From positions 12,700,081 through 12,764,080 of the forward strand of contig CM119266.1 of assembly GCA_051294375.1 (NCBI GenBank): a stretch of DNA of 64,000 nt. The letters are read 5' to 3'. Shown here in pieces: positions 41,701 to 52,443 of the stretch. This DNA comes from Paraspadella gotoi. Its lineage: Eukaryota > Animalia > Chaetognatha. The number at the start of each line of letters is the position of its first letter. The stretch's first letter is position 1. The position numbers and the translations under genes were made by a program. Under the pieces are notes generated by a model. The model had not been told where the DNA came from, did no database searches, and was given only the letters and a program-made list of their open reading frames with translations.

Positions 41701-43115
41701 AAAAGCGGTGGATCCTTTGATCTCACGTCGCTGTTTCAGGTCGTTCTCCGTCGTGTCACGAGAGAGCGAGACAAACTCGCACTCTTTCTTGGTTAACTCT
41801 AGATACTGCATGGCGATCACTCGACGAAGATGACCTTGGTTTGAGAGGAACAACATTTTATAAAACTCGGTTAACCCTTCTGAGAGTATCAATAACGAGA
41901 GTTTATTCCTACATACACTCATGTGCAAAAAAACAAGTTTGAGCAAACAATGTCGGATCTGCCACGATCATTATCGGTAATTAATTAATTAATTAGGCAA
42001 TTAATTAGGCAATTAATTAATTAATTAGATCCAAAATGTTTGTTTTGATTGATTAATTCACTGATTAATTATTGATTAATTAATTGACTAATTGATTAAT
42101 TATTTTATTAATTAATACATCTTGCATTTACATTTAATATAAAAAGAAAAAGAAGCATAATCAATTAATGAAACAGGTTTTTTGTTTTTTTTTTCATTTA
42201 AACTCATTTCCACTCAAACGATTCCATCAAAACTTGATTTCCACCGCAATCAAACACTTTCCTACCCACATACAAAATTCCATTCATCCAATCACGAGTA
42301 ATTGGTGTTTTTTGCTAAGGTGGGACGGACGGACAGACGGACATCTTTTTTTTTGCATAATTTATCATAACTCGATGTTCTGACCTGATATAAGTGTATG
42401 CCCGATAAGATTGAGGGGGCGGACCGACAAAGTGAATTATAGAGTCGGGATCTGCTGATAAGCGCCACTTTATAACTAACTTCCAGACGCTCTATAAAGA
42501 TATTTTTAGAAATTATATATATATATAAAAAAAATCTATCCCTCGGGATATCCAGTATTATTTTTTTGAAATTTTTAATCTACTACAAGGAAGGCAAAAT
42601 ATCAGATGAAAAATGATTAGTTTGAAATCAATCAGATTTTTTCACATTCAGCTTTGCGGTAGAGTACTTCATTTTAAAAAAACATTGCTCCTAAACGGAT
42701 GGCCCAATTTTAATAAAATTTATGCCAAACTTATTATCTCTTAATCATCTTTGAAAATTTTGTTAAAAATTTAAGTATATAAGGTGATTTTTAAAGTTAT
42801 GTAATTCCGCTTACCAGGCGGGCCGATAAGAAAAACGTCCTGCCCGACGGCTTCCTTCTGCATTAACCATTTAATATGACGAAGGTGACTTTGTGGAAGA
42901 CGATCCCACGAACCCACGTATCCCATTGGCACGAGTTCCCAAGATTCCGGTTCCGAGACGGGAACCGTCACGTCTCCGAGGGTCACTGTTCCGCCTGGCT
43001 TTTTAACTTTGACGCCGCTCTCGTTTGAATGAATGGCAGCGCTGGAGTGCCACGGACGCACCAGAAGGGCGACCACGGAACGAATGCGCGTCGCGTGGCA
43101 CAAAAGCAGCGCCAT
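35744..43115 (-). CDS. VWA8: von Willebrand factor A domain-containing protein 8 (mitochondrial AAA ATPase); 3' end crosses the N gap; several apparent frameshifts at 38.8-39.5 kb
   Basis: WLMQKEAVGQDVFLIGPPG, LSRDTTENDLKQRRE, GPKGCGKT, GNQGVGKNKIVDRFL, YPYSTREVV, HVGGNTWAGGSGGRDTAGLGGKGGPFRLD, VWA with VVDVSGSMYRFNGVDGRL and VLSDANF. Confidence 0.95.
35753..35762. other. Assembly gap (10 N)
   Basis: Run of n. Confidence 1.
41978..42116. repeat. (TAAT/TGAT)-type low-complexity repeat in VWA8 intron 1
   Basis: Directly visible. Confidence 0.8.
42320..42499 (-). mobile_element. Second HINE-like fragment
   Basis: Minus strand reads tatagagcgtctgga...tcccgactctataattcactttgtcggtccg...gtccgtctgtccgtccgtcc: a 5' inverted repeat followed by a GTCC microsatellite. 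Confidence 0.35.
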
Positions 43116-43246
43116 TGATTATTCCGGGTGTAATACGTCACATGGCTATTTTTTCTTTTAATTCTAAACGTATAAAAACAAATGTAAAAAAGAAAATTAA
43201 TGAAAAATCCGATGCAATGCGATGATAACCAAATGATGGATGCGAT

Positions 43247-43388
43247 GATAATCATTCATTGATGCAGTGATAAACATTCATTGACGCGATAATCATTCAT
43301 TGATACGATGATAGTCATTCATTGATACGATGATAGTCATTCATTGACGCGATGATAGTCATTCATTGACGCGATGATAGTCATTCAT
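43247..43388. repeat. 22-bp tandem repeat (gatagtcattcattgacgcgat), about 6.5 copies
   Basis: Directly visible between SLC25A21 and VWA8. Confidence 0.9.
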
Positions 43389-43911
43389 CGTAACTAAAAC
43401 AAATGCGTGTATGAATGAGAGAGAGAGAATGAGAGAGAGAGAGAGAGAGAGGAGAGAGACAGGAATATGAAACATAACAATTTAAAAGACCTCAATGATG
43501 CTATATCTAAATTTTCAGCTTCTTATGGTTACACACTTGAGCTATTTTCAATAATTTCCAAAACAACCGTAACAACGACGACGGTCAAAAGAACAGAAAC
43601 GAATTCACATCTCGCCCAAGTCGGGCATTCGCCCGTCTGGCGAGATAAAAATAAACTTAACGTCTTAATAGAAATTGAAGGAAAGCCAATCTGAGTTTGA
43701 TCAACAACAGATAATTTCAAAAAATAATTGGAATAATTAGTAATCTGATCACAGGAAAGGTTACCGAGCAAGTTGGGTATAACCTTGATTTTTGAAATTT
43801 TTGGGCAATTCAATTTTTAATCTTTCATGGATTCTTATCTATCTGTCTTCAGTTGTAGATAATCACAAAAGCAACAAAAACAAATGATTCAAACAATCAC
43901 GAAAAAAATGA

Positions 43912-45105
43912 CTAGATTAGAAATTTATTTTGAAGAAATTCGAAGGCATAGTCGTACACTAGAAGCATGATCGCCCCGCCAGGTCCAAGACGCATAATTT
44001 TAGGAACGAGCCCCCGGTACAACGCCTTCACGCCTTCTTCTCTCTTGACCGTGGCCATCGTGGCAAAGCACCCGCGGTACTTGACTTGACCAGGAACGGG
44101 CTGCGGTCCTTGAATACGACTTTTGGCAACGTCGAATGGAATGTTGATCATGGAACTCAAAGTTCCGGACAAGAGACCTGATGATAAGGCAGTAAAACAA
44201 TTTTAAGGAGCACTATGGTAAGAACTACGGTTATCTTTCACGGACCTATCAAAAACTTTCGCCCAAATTCTAAAATGGGATCGTCCAAAGGAGGAAATGA
44301 ACCCTTGACGTTGTGGTAAAAGCTGAAGTAGACCATGTTGAAAACGCCGTGCCGACCCAGAGTGGCAGTAAGGCCTTTGTTGAGGCCCTCGTTCCCGAAC
44401 CCTTGTTGTCGAACGATCTCACGAACGGTTGACCACGTGCTCTTCTGCTCTTTCAGGCTAACGTTAGTCTCCGTCTGCAGACGAACTTTGACCACCTTGA
44501 AGAACGAGGGGCGTCCTAGAGCGACGGGGATTTGCGAAAAGAACTGACGGGGACCGACAGCTTCGTCGACAAAATAAAAACCTCGAAGGGATTAATGACG
44601 ACGGCTTCAGTGAGACCAGCACTGAGTCCGGCGAGAGTGAAGGCCAAGGCGTCGGGTTGCTTCTTGCCGAAGCTAAACAAGACTTTGTATTGTTCGAAGG
44701 TGAAAAACTTAGTGGCTCTCTTCGGCGTTTCGGCCAAAAGAGGAGGCAGGATGCCCTTGTATAAAGACATCACACCTTCCGAGCGTATCATTTGGCGAAA
44801 GCAATCCGCCACCGACGAGTAGCGAACGTTCATCGTATTGTAACCCTTTAAAAGATATACAGTTCAGAAGTTTTGTTTTTTTTTTAATTTCTATATAAAC
44901 CAATTGGAAAATTGACTTGAACTTGAAAACGGGTTTTGACTAAATCCAGAGGATGCATCAACAAGACTTCCACGAAACCTGCGCATCCTCCAGCCGCGAA
45001 TTGACAGGCGCCCTGGTCATGGCGGAGGATCTTTTATTAGCTAATTTTATTTTAATCTTCTTACTAACGGCGTACCTGTTTTATTAGGGACGGTGGTTTA
45101 GACAT
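43912..45105 (-). CDS. SLC25A21: Mitochondrial 2-oxodicarboxylate carrier (SLC25 family)
   Basis: MHPLDLVKTRFQ, YKGILPPLLAETPKRATKFFTFEQYK, NPFEVVKVRLQ, GLNKGLTATLGRHGVFNMVYF, NIPFDVAKSRIQGPQPVPG, YRGLVPKIMRLGPGGA. Confidence 0.93.
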
Positions 45106-45277
45106 TCTCCGGTTTATCTCTAATAGCTATACCATGAAAATTCAGTCTTCAATATGGATGTGGAGTTCTTTTCCCATATCTAGGCCGGAAATTTAACTAT
45201 TCACTAAAAAGTCATATAAATAAACTAGATAGTCAAATCAACAACAAACAAGAAATAGTTTAATCACTAAACAAAAG

Positions 45278-46294
45278 CTAGAAAGAAGTGGGGCGCTTTC
45301 GCCCGGTGTATTTGGAATCTCTCTTCGTCTCTTTTCCCTGACGCATTCGTCTTTCTTTTTTCTCCTGAACCCAAGCTTTGTGCGTTTGATGTTTAGCGCC
45401 CTTCAAGTTGCGAATCTTTTCCTTTCTGTCGCTGAAGCTGATTTGACGAGTATTTTGAGGTTTATCGTGAGAGCCAAGACCTGAATTTTAACATCACATA
45501 AGTTAACATGTTTAAACAGGTACCAGTAGTTAAGCGGTCTTCAAGACCTTACCTTTCGGAAGTGCCTCGTGAGAGCCGCCCGTCATCAGGCAAAGAAACA
45601 TTTTCTTCGCTTTGGTGCTATTAGGATAATCGACGACCAAGCCTCCGCTAAATCCCGCTCTCATAGCTGATAAATCATAAAAAACTTTATAGAATACACA
45701 ATTTGGCTAATTTTTGAGAGAAAAAAATTGTTTTCGAGCTTTCTAATCACTTATTTTAAACTCACCCTGCTGCGTGATCAATTCGACTTGAGAATCGTTT
45801 TCGGGGTAAAATTGAAAAACGGCCCGCGCGCCGCGAGCCAGCGACGCGTAAAGAGACGCGAAGAAAATGCCGAGTCTCTTGGCGGGCTTGTGAGAGGACT
45901 TGTCGGCGTTGCAAAGCCACTGGAGGGCGGATATGGAAATGGCGCCGTCGGCGACGCCGGGACGAAGGGGAACTCCCTGACCCATGTCGCCCAGGAGGAG
46001 ATCGCCTTCGACCTCCCTCTCGACGGCGACGTTGAGCATGGCTCGAGAGATGTCGACGCCGATCCAAAAGAGCCCCTTTTCTGTGAGGGTCTCGCCGCTG
46101 AGTCCGGATCCGCAGCCGAGATCGAGAACGAGAGCGGGTCGATCTTCCGGCAGGGCGAGAAGCTCCACAGCGCGACTCGTCATTTGTTCTTGGATCTGAA
46201 TCATCCTCGAGTTAGTCGTGTATTTCTTCGCTTCTTCTTCACCGTAGAAAATCTCTGGCGGCGCCTGATGTTCCGGCCGTCGACAGGACGCCAT
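45278..46294 (-). CDS. BUD23: 18S rRNA m7G methyltransferase (WBSCR22)
   Basis: [64 protein letters not shown]-terminal KYTGRKR; 3 exons. Confidence 0.96.
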
Positions 46295-46594
46295 CGCTTG
46301 TTTTTTAAAGACTTTGCGACAAACTTAATAATTATGCAAATGAAAATTACCAAATTATCGTTACGTCTTGAAAAGAAAAATCTCGATAACAATTAACCCA
46401 CAAATGGATATTGAAAGAGACAGTGGTATAGATTGGTAGCCAGTATAAAGTTTGGGTAGCAGGTCGTTTTTATTTTTCAGAGTTCCACTAAAAGAAGCTA
46501 TATTTTAAACTTTTGTTTTCATCCGAAAAACTAAAGAAAGAGCTGCATTATCGTTCGAACGCTAAGGAACAATACGAAAGTTAAAGAACAAAAG

Positions 46595-49500
46595 TCAATT
46601 TCTTTGGTTGTGCCGCGTCGTGACTCCGCCGAATTCCAAAAGGAGGCGATCGGGATTGTTTTCCCAGCCGGAGCGACCTCCCTCGCCGAACGCGGCTTCT
46701 TTCCGGACGTTTTGTCCCTTGCGAGCCTCGTTGTCCTCCCACTTCTTTTGGCTGCGCTGCTGGTCGAGTGCGAACAGGCTGGAACAACCCCAAACTTCGA
46801 TGGTGCGGATGTTCTGTTGGAACCCTGGAAGAAAGTCAAAACACTTTATAACTACTACATACTACATAATTTCCTTTAACGTCACAGTTCCGCCTTCAAT
46901 AAAAATATAATTTCACAAGTAACCATTAGACAATGTGCAGAGATCCAATCCAGAATCGATCTTTAACAAGGGGGCTTTCGGGTCGTGTCCGAGAATGAGA
47001 CCTTTCGGTAGGGAACGTCCCCACTCGTTGAGATAGAGAATTTCGCGACCCGTCTCTCTTATTCGAAATCTAGGAACAAAAAAATAATAAAATTTTCTAA
47101 TTCTTCTATTTGTAACAAATCATACGGAGCAAAGCATATAAACATACAAAAACAAATTATAATTATTTCATATAATTTCACGACACTATTACCAAGTTTA
47201 AACATGCAAATCTGCACACTCACTGAGGTTGGGCTTCAAGGATAACAGAGTCGATTCCCCCGAATCTCGTCGTGCTCTCCTTCCATTCCGTGTCGGCGCC
47301 GACGACGTAAAGGTCTCCCGCTTCCAATTCCAACAACATCACCGTGTGACCTTTGTAGGAGAACACGTGATGCTGAAAGGGGAGAGGAACGGAAGGTAAA
47401 TAAATAACTTCTTATTAAAAAAAATGTTGTTGTTACCTGAAAACGGTTCATGCTGAGCCCGTGGGTGTTGCTGTTGTACAACAGCTCCCACTGAGTCGGA
47501 TGACGAGAGGCCTCGATTCTTTCCAAAACGGGATCCAACGGAGCATCGTCGACTACGACGAGAAATCTCTTTCATCACGGGAGTTTACAAATCAGGTGAG
47601 TCTCAGTGAGCACTCACCCGGCGACGAGGCGACGTAGAAAGACTTGCTCAAGATGCAGGAAAGTAGCCAAGTGAGCATCGGGCACAGAACCTGTTTGCTG
47701 TGCAACGTACCGCTGAGCGAGGCGCACGAGGATTGAGAATTTAACGTATGCCTCTTTTCGTGGCCGTGAGCCGTCTCGGGTGTAACGTGTACGGCCGCCG
47801 CGCGAGAGTGATCGTTCAGCTCCGGATTCGAGAGGACGGGGCCTGGGCCAGGTGAAGATTGTGAATAAAGATGAAAAATGACATCTAGTTCTCATAAATC
47901 TGTCATAAAACCTTTCGGGTCGACCAAGGCGCGGAGCAACCATGAGTGAGTCGACGCGAATAAACGCGGACAATGTTGATAAACCTGAGAAAATTATTTT
48001 ATCTTTTTCAAAATTATATGCCATGTACACTGGGAGTGAATGAACGAAACTGTGAGAGAGTCTTGATTGAAAGCTTGCAGGGACTTGCTATGACATTATC
48101 TTGTAAGTCAGGGGCAAGATAGCTTATTTATTAAATGAATGGATAATTTTTATATTGGTTGTACCAATTTCATGGATAACAATTGGCTAATGTTACTTCC
48201 ATCATCCATACCCATGAAAGAAACTCGTCTTTAGAAACCGTATTTTTGGAGTTCATTATGGAAAGGACCAATGCGTTGAGTAAGTACTGATCTTCCAATG
48301 TTAAAGCAGAGACTTTTTCTTGAAGATGCTCTTGGAGCAGAAAACACGTGATGAGGGCGTGGCGGAGGTGAAGTTCGTCAATCTCGTGACCGTGATGATG
48401 ATGTTCGTGGTGCTCGTCTTTGTGCGTATTAAGCCCTGGGTATACATAAGTAATATAAGCATTAGGGTGGAGTGATTTGAAAAGACATTGAGCGATTGAA
48501 CATTTTTTTTGTTGCCTTTGTATATATAATAAAAAAATAATTAAGCCCTTTTTTAAAAAGAATTTGCATAACAGTATCATTTAATTGAATTTTTTTATAG
48601 TTAATATAGAGGATGCGGCCACGTTCGAATCGAAGCTCCCTATCAAGATTCTTTTATATTTTACTTCTATTCCAAAACTGGCATAGTCAAGGCTAAAACA
48701 ATTATGTCAATATGGGCAGATTTCGAAAGTTTGGCGTCTTGGGAAGCCCAATGTAGGGTAGAAGCGCGCATCGAAATTCCCATTTTATTCATGCCCAAAA
48801 ATGGTATTTAAATGGATTGGTCAGACCGTTTTGTCCCTAATCCAAGAAAACCTCCTGGCTCTTGAGTAAAAAGAACTCAAATCATACATATCAGTACAGT
48901 TTCCGAAACCTTATTGTCTTCTCTACATGATGAAAAAAAGCCAAATTAAAATTCTTGCAATCTTAATTGCTTGATAAAGCAATCAAATGAACTGGTTTTT
49001 TAAAGTGAAAACTGCATAGTCAAGCCTCATTTTTTTCAATTTTGAACACAATTGCACAGAAACTGTATTGATTTTACTATTCAAATCAGGTGAGCGCAGA
49101 GCTTAATTCAAAAGCGTTTTCTCAATATAATGCAAAAAATTTAAAAAAGTTCAATAAAAACTTGATTTAAAAACAAAAAATCGTCGCACAGTGTTGCTTG
49201 TGAGTCCTAAATGCTAGAAAAATATTTTTTTAAATTTTTTATATATTATATAATATATAAAAATATTTATATAAATATAATTATAATGTTAAGAATAAAT
49301 TTTTTTATTCAATCCGAGAAAAAGTAGTATTATATAATAAAAATATAATATATAAAAAATTATATTTTACAATAAAATTAACTAAATTTTTCCAAACCTG
49401 CAACAATTTTTATTATGGTATAATTAAAAAAATATAAGATTAAAATAAAAATTTTAATTTTAATAAAATATAATAATCATATTAAATATAAAAAATAAAA

Positions 49501-51813
49501 AAAAATTTTAATTTTTTTATTTTAATAATAATAACAATAAATAATAATAATAAAAATAAAATAATAATAATAAATAAAATATAAATATTTTTATTTTTTA
49601 ATTTTATTTTTTTAATTATAATTATTATCTTTATTATTATTATTATTAATCTGATAATAAATATATATTTTATTATAAAATAATTTTATTTATTCATTTA
49701 AAATTATACAAAATTATTTTTTAATTATTTTAACATTCAAATAAATTTTTAAAAAATTATTCTTATAATTAATATATAATAAAAAATTATTTTTAACTGA
49801 ACGGGATTTTTCTGAAAAAATTAAGGCTCAGGATCTCACTGTGCGCCGGTTCTAAAGCTTGTACTACGCATAGTACTAATCTTTGTTGGATCAAAACGAG
49901 CTCGATATTAAGCGAAAATGATCGATTTGAAGAGCGATTTTTGCGATTGCTTTTTGGCGAATTACTTTTGAACGATTTGTCGGATTATGATGAAATTATG
50001 CATGTAGATAATGTTTGCAATTGTCTATCGAACGCTACCAAATTTGAATAAAACAATGAGTTGTTTAGAAACGATGCTCATCCCCAAGTAATATCCTTAT
50101 AAAATCATAAAATTTTAAAATTATATTTTTTTAATTTTAAGAACAGTTTGGATTCGCCTGAAAAAAATGAAAAACTTTTGTAAAATATGTTACATTGATA
50201 TTTTAGTTTAAAGCCTGCGAAAACTGATCAAAACGTTTCATCATATAATAGTTTCTACTACAAAGCATAAAAAAGTGGAGAATTTAACCTTTTTTTTCCA
50301 TTTTTTGATGCTGAAGATCTAACGAGGGAGCATCTATATTATTATTATTGTTGACCTTATGGTTAGTGTAGAATGCTCGCATTGTTATTTTTGGCTGTCT
50401 ACTTGATAATGTTTATGATTAATATAAAGAGAAGCAATAGTGGTCAATTACATTATTTATTGTATTATCAACTTAACATTATTATTATTATTGCACAAGA
50501 TACATAATGGTTATTATATTATAAGTGGAAGCTAAAGAAAAGGGCATAGTGGTTCAAACCGACCCTGAAATCCTAGCTGATTAATAGCTAGGCCTTTGAC
50601 AATAACAATCTTCTATCAAACATGAGCCAGCTCTCCCAGAACAAGAAAAATACTTCCATTTATAAAGCGACAATACTACTATGAAATATTTGAATAATAA
50701 TTGGAAAAACTAAAACATTATTAAAATCTATTAAAACTATTGCCAAAACCGTAAAATAAGACTATTATGAAAACTGTATCAAAAGATATGAGAAATGGTC
50801 CAAACTACTACAATATGTAAATGAGATTGAAGAACTCAACTTCTCATTTGAAATGAACCACAAATTATTCTGCTACAAAGACATTGAAATTTTTAATGAC
50901 ATATTTTATATTTTTGATCTAACTTTTTATGAAGAATCAGAATCTTTAATAAAAATTTTTAAAAAATTATTTTAAAAATTTATGATTTTATAAGGATATT
51001 ACTACAAATATATTGTAATTAATGATACTGTTCCCCAAATAATATAAGCAAAATATTTTTTTATATTCCTTAATCATACTATCTCACATCTAAATATCCT
51101 TGTTTGTTCATTCAAATACAATTTATGTTCCCCAGTACTCCACTCTAATAAGCATTCTTGATAGGCGGAGGCGTTGAGATAATCACAAACCTGCGTACAT
51201 CTCCGCGCAAAATTTAGCCTCTGACATGCAATCGATTATTTCTTGCGACCCGTAAAGAAAGTCGTCGATTCGTAATTCGTCCTAAAAATAAGTCACTTTA
51301 TTTTATTACTATATTAATTTTATTTATTTATTTATTTTATTTTCTTATTCAAAGGTTATTTCTCTAGCTGACATTACGAGTGAACAATTTTGTAAAACCT
51401 ACGGATGAAGCTCCATGGGAATGATTCCCGCGATGCACGCTCGTGAGGTAGTTGAAAAAGTAGTCGCCGATGGAAGGGGTCGGCGCTTTATGGCTCCGTT
51501 CCGATGGAGATTTTCCGCCTTTCGACGGGGACGAGGGAAGGTGAGTCATGGTGGCGGGACCCGGGAGACGGAAAAGAGCCTTGAACAGAACCGGATCCAC
51601 GCATCCCTCTGACAAAGAGAGATAAATGTTTCGACCTCGAGAGTCACTAAGTTTTCTTTTAAACTGTTAGACGGAAAGTACTTTCATACCCGGCACCTGA
51701 CGACGCGCCGCCGAGGCCGCTTTCAATTTCTGACATAAAATTTTTAGCTGTGGATGATATTTTCTTTCTCGGCGGTTGTGAGATTTGACGCTATGACTTT
51801 CGTTGTTTCCCAT
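46595..51813 (-). CDS. N-myristoylation-type TLDc domain protein, Rtc5-like
   Basis: Starts MGNNES; TLDc motifs WELLYNSNTHGLSMNRFQHHVFSYKG and IEVWGCS; C-terminus QKKWED.EA..WENNPDRLLLEFGG. Internal exon structure only partly traced; large TE-rich intron ~48.4-51.2 kb. Confidence 0.75.
49187..49843. mobile_element. Non-autonomous Transib/RAG-like element with RSS-like termini and 5-bp TSD
   Basis: Both ends begin CACAGTG (49187-93; CACTGTG at 49837-43); flanks CGTCG (49182-86) and CGCCG (49844-48); shared subterminal TGAG(T/C)C(C/T)TAA and AGAAAAAT blocks; extremely AT-rich interior. Confidence 0.75.
50087..51003. mobile_element. Inverted-repeat-bounded non-autonomous element (unclassified)
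   Basis: agtaatatccttataaaatcataaa (from 50087) is the exact reverse complement of tttatgattttataaggatattact (to 51003), with degenerate AT-rich extension; no clean TSD. Confidence 0.55.
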
Positions 51814-51891
51814 TGTATTTTCAATATTTAACAAACTCAATTTTTTTTTAAATCGGAGTTGAAAAGTCAATGGATCTGAACAAGTTTTCCG

Positions 51892-52194
51892 CTATGAAGG
51901 TAATTTCTTCTCTTTATCCGTACCGAGAACGATCTGGTCCATTTCCGGCAATTGCATGCCTTTATCCTTCAGCGCTTTCTTTACGCATTCTTGGTAAACT
52001 GTTACACAAAATAAACCGATTGCTTATAAAAACTTGATAAGCAGTACTTCAAATAAGCTGATATAGGCACCTTTAAAAACTGGCGCGCACGAATCTTCTG
52101 AATCTCCTTTAAGGAATTTCTCGGAAAACCATTGATTAAAGCAAGCCTCGTAGCTTTTTTTCAGTTCGTTGCATTCCGGTCCTATGCTCTGCAT
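51892..52194 (-). CDS. TRIAP1: TP53-regulated inhibitor of apoptosis 1 / Mdm35 (twin CX9C), 2 exons
   Basis: [54 protein letters not shown]; intron 51999-52070. Confidence 0.95.
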
Positions 52195-52443
52195 GACGAA
52201 TCGTTCTTTGGATTCATTTAATATTAATACGCTAAAGAAAAACATTTCAACAAGCAGTGAAATGAAAAATCGGAAAGTACCGCTTTCGACAACACGTCGA
52301 GAAAAAAATCCACTAATAGTAATACCACTTTTTATTTAGCTACAACAAAAAAAAATGTAATGACAAAATAAGGGAATAACTGGAAAATAGTCATTTCAAT
52401 AACAAAAAATTGAAAAAGAGCCACCTGCGACTCGAAAATTTTT

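Noticed and set aside
35744-43115. VWA8 or TARBP2 as pseudogenes
   Set aside because: Lesions are clustered single-base deletions with otherwise intact motifs and splice sites, typical of consensus errors.
43247-43388. 22-bp repeat array as CRISPR-like
   Set aside because: Units are contiguous with no unique spacers, there are no cas genes, and the context is eukaryotic.
48610-50085. Possible Sola-like terminal repeats (gaggatgcggccacgtt versus aacgatgctcatcccc) enclosing the Transib-like element
   Set aside because: The match is too degenerate and no TSD is visible.
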